A stretch of 24,000 bases of DNA, from sequence record MW749004.1. One strand, written 5' to 3'. The number at the start of each line of letters is the position of its first letter. The first letter of the stretch is position 1. Origin of the DNA: Hafnia phage vB_HpaM_Zyzzx. The translations under genes were made by a program, and so were the position numbers. Below are positions 23,936-24,000 of this stretch, piece by piece. The notes under the pieces were generated by a model. The model was not told the origin of the DNA. It did not search any database and saw only the letters and a list, made by a program, of their open reading frames with translations.

Positions 23936-23980
23936 AGAATTGTAAAGACGCTTGCAGGGGTTGTTTGATTGATTCATAAT
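23931..23980 (+). promoter_or_regulatory. Promoter-like region with tandem TGTAAAGA boxes
   Basis: TGTAAAGAATTGTAAAGACG (23931, 23941), TTGCAG-N17-CATAAT (23952-23980). Confidence 0.65.
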
Positions 23981-24000
23981 GACCCCATACAGAACGAAAC

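Noticed and set aside
1-24000. tRNA or rRNA genes
   Set aside because: I saw no convincing cloverleaf or GGTTCRANNCC-type T-loop in the intergenic regions; essentially no room between genes except 23171-23632. A tRNAscan-SE run would be needed to confirm.

Overview
The window looks like a compact, almost entirely plus-strand segment of a large lytic (myovirus-like) phage genome. I could recognise: (i) a nucleotide-metabolism block with class Ia RNR (nrdA, nrdB), glutaredoxin, anaerobic RNR (nrdD, nrdG) and an HNH-like protein; (ii) a Prs-like protein and a nicotinamide phosphoribosyltransferase-like protein (NadV/Nampt family) separated by three small unknown ORFs, which is a candidate NAD+ reconstitution (NARP1-type) counter-defence locus; (iii) rIIA/rIIB-like genes; (iv) an SLT-like lytic transglycosylase, a HAD/PseT-phosphatase-like protein and an overlapping Rz/Rz1-like spanin pair; (v) a macro-domain protein with a long C-terminal extension; (vi) many small unknown ORFs, including three too short for the supplied track. 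The most interesting non-coding signals are a ~460 bp intergenic region (23171-23632) with four length-invariant 36-nt repeats, a tandem 14-mer and phased TTTACA boxes, and a recurrent regulatory architecture: TGTAAAG boxes exactly 34 bp upstream of a -10-like hexamer, often combined with a hairpin whose loop supplies the -35-like sequence. A 47-nt version of this module occurs nearly verbatim four times. Taxonomy (rV5/phAPEC8-like large enterobacterial phages) is only an inference from gene content. All assignments come from reading motifs; no database search was run.
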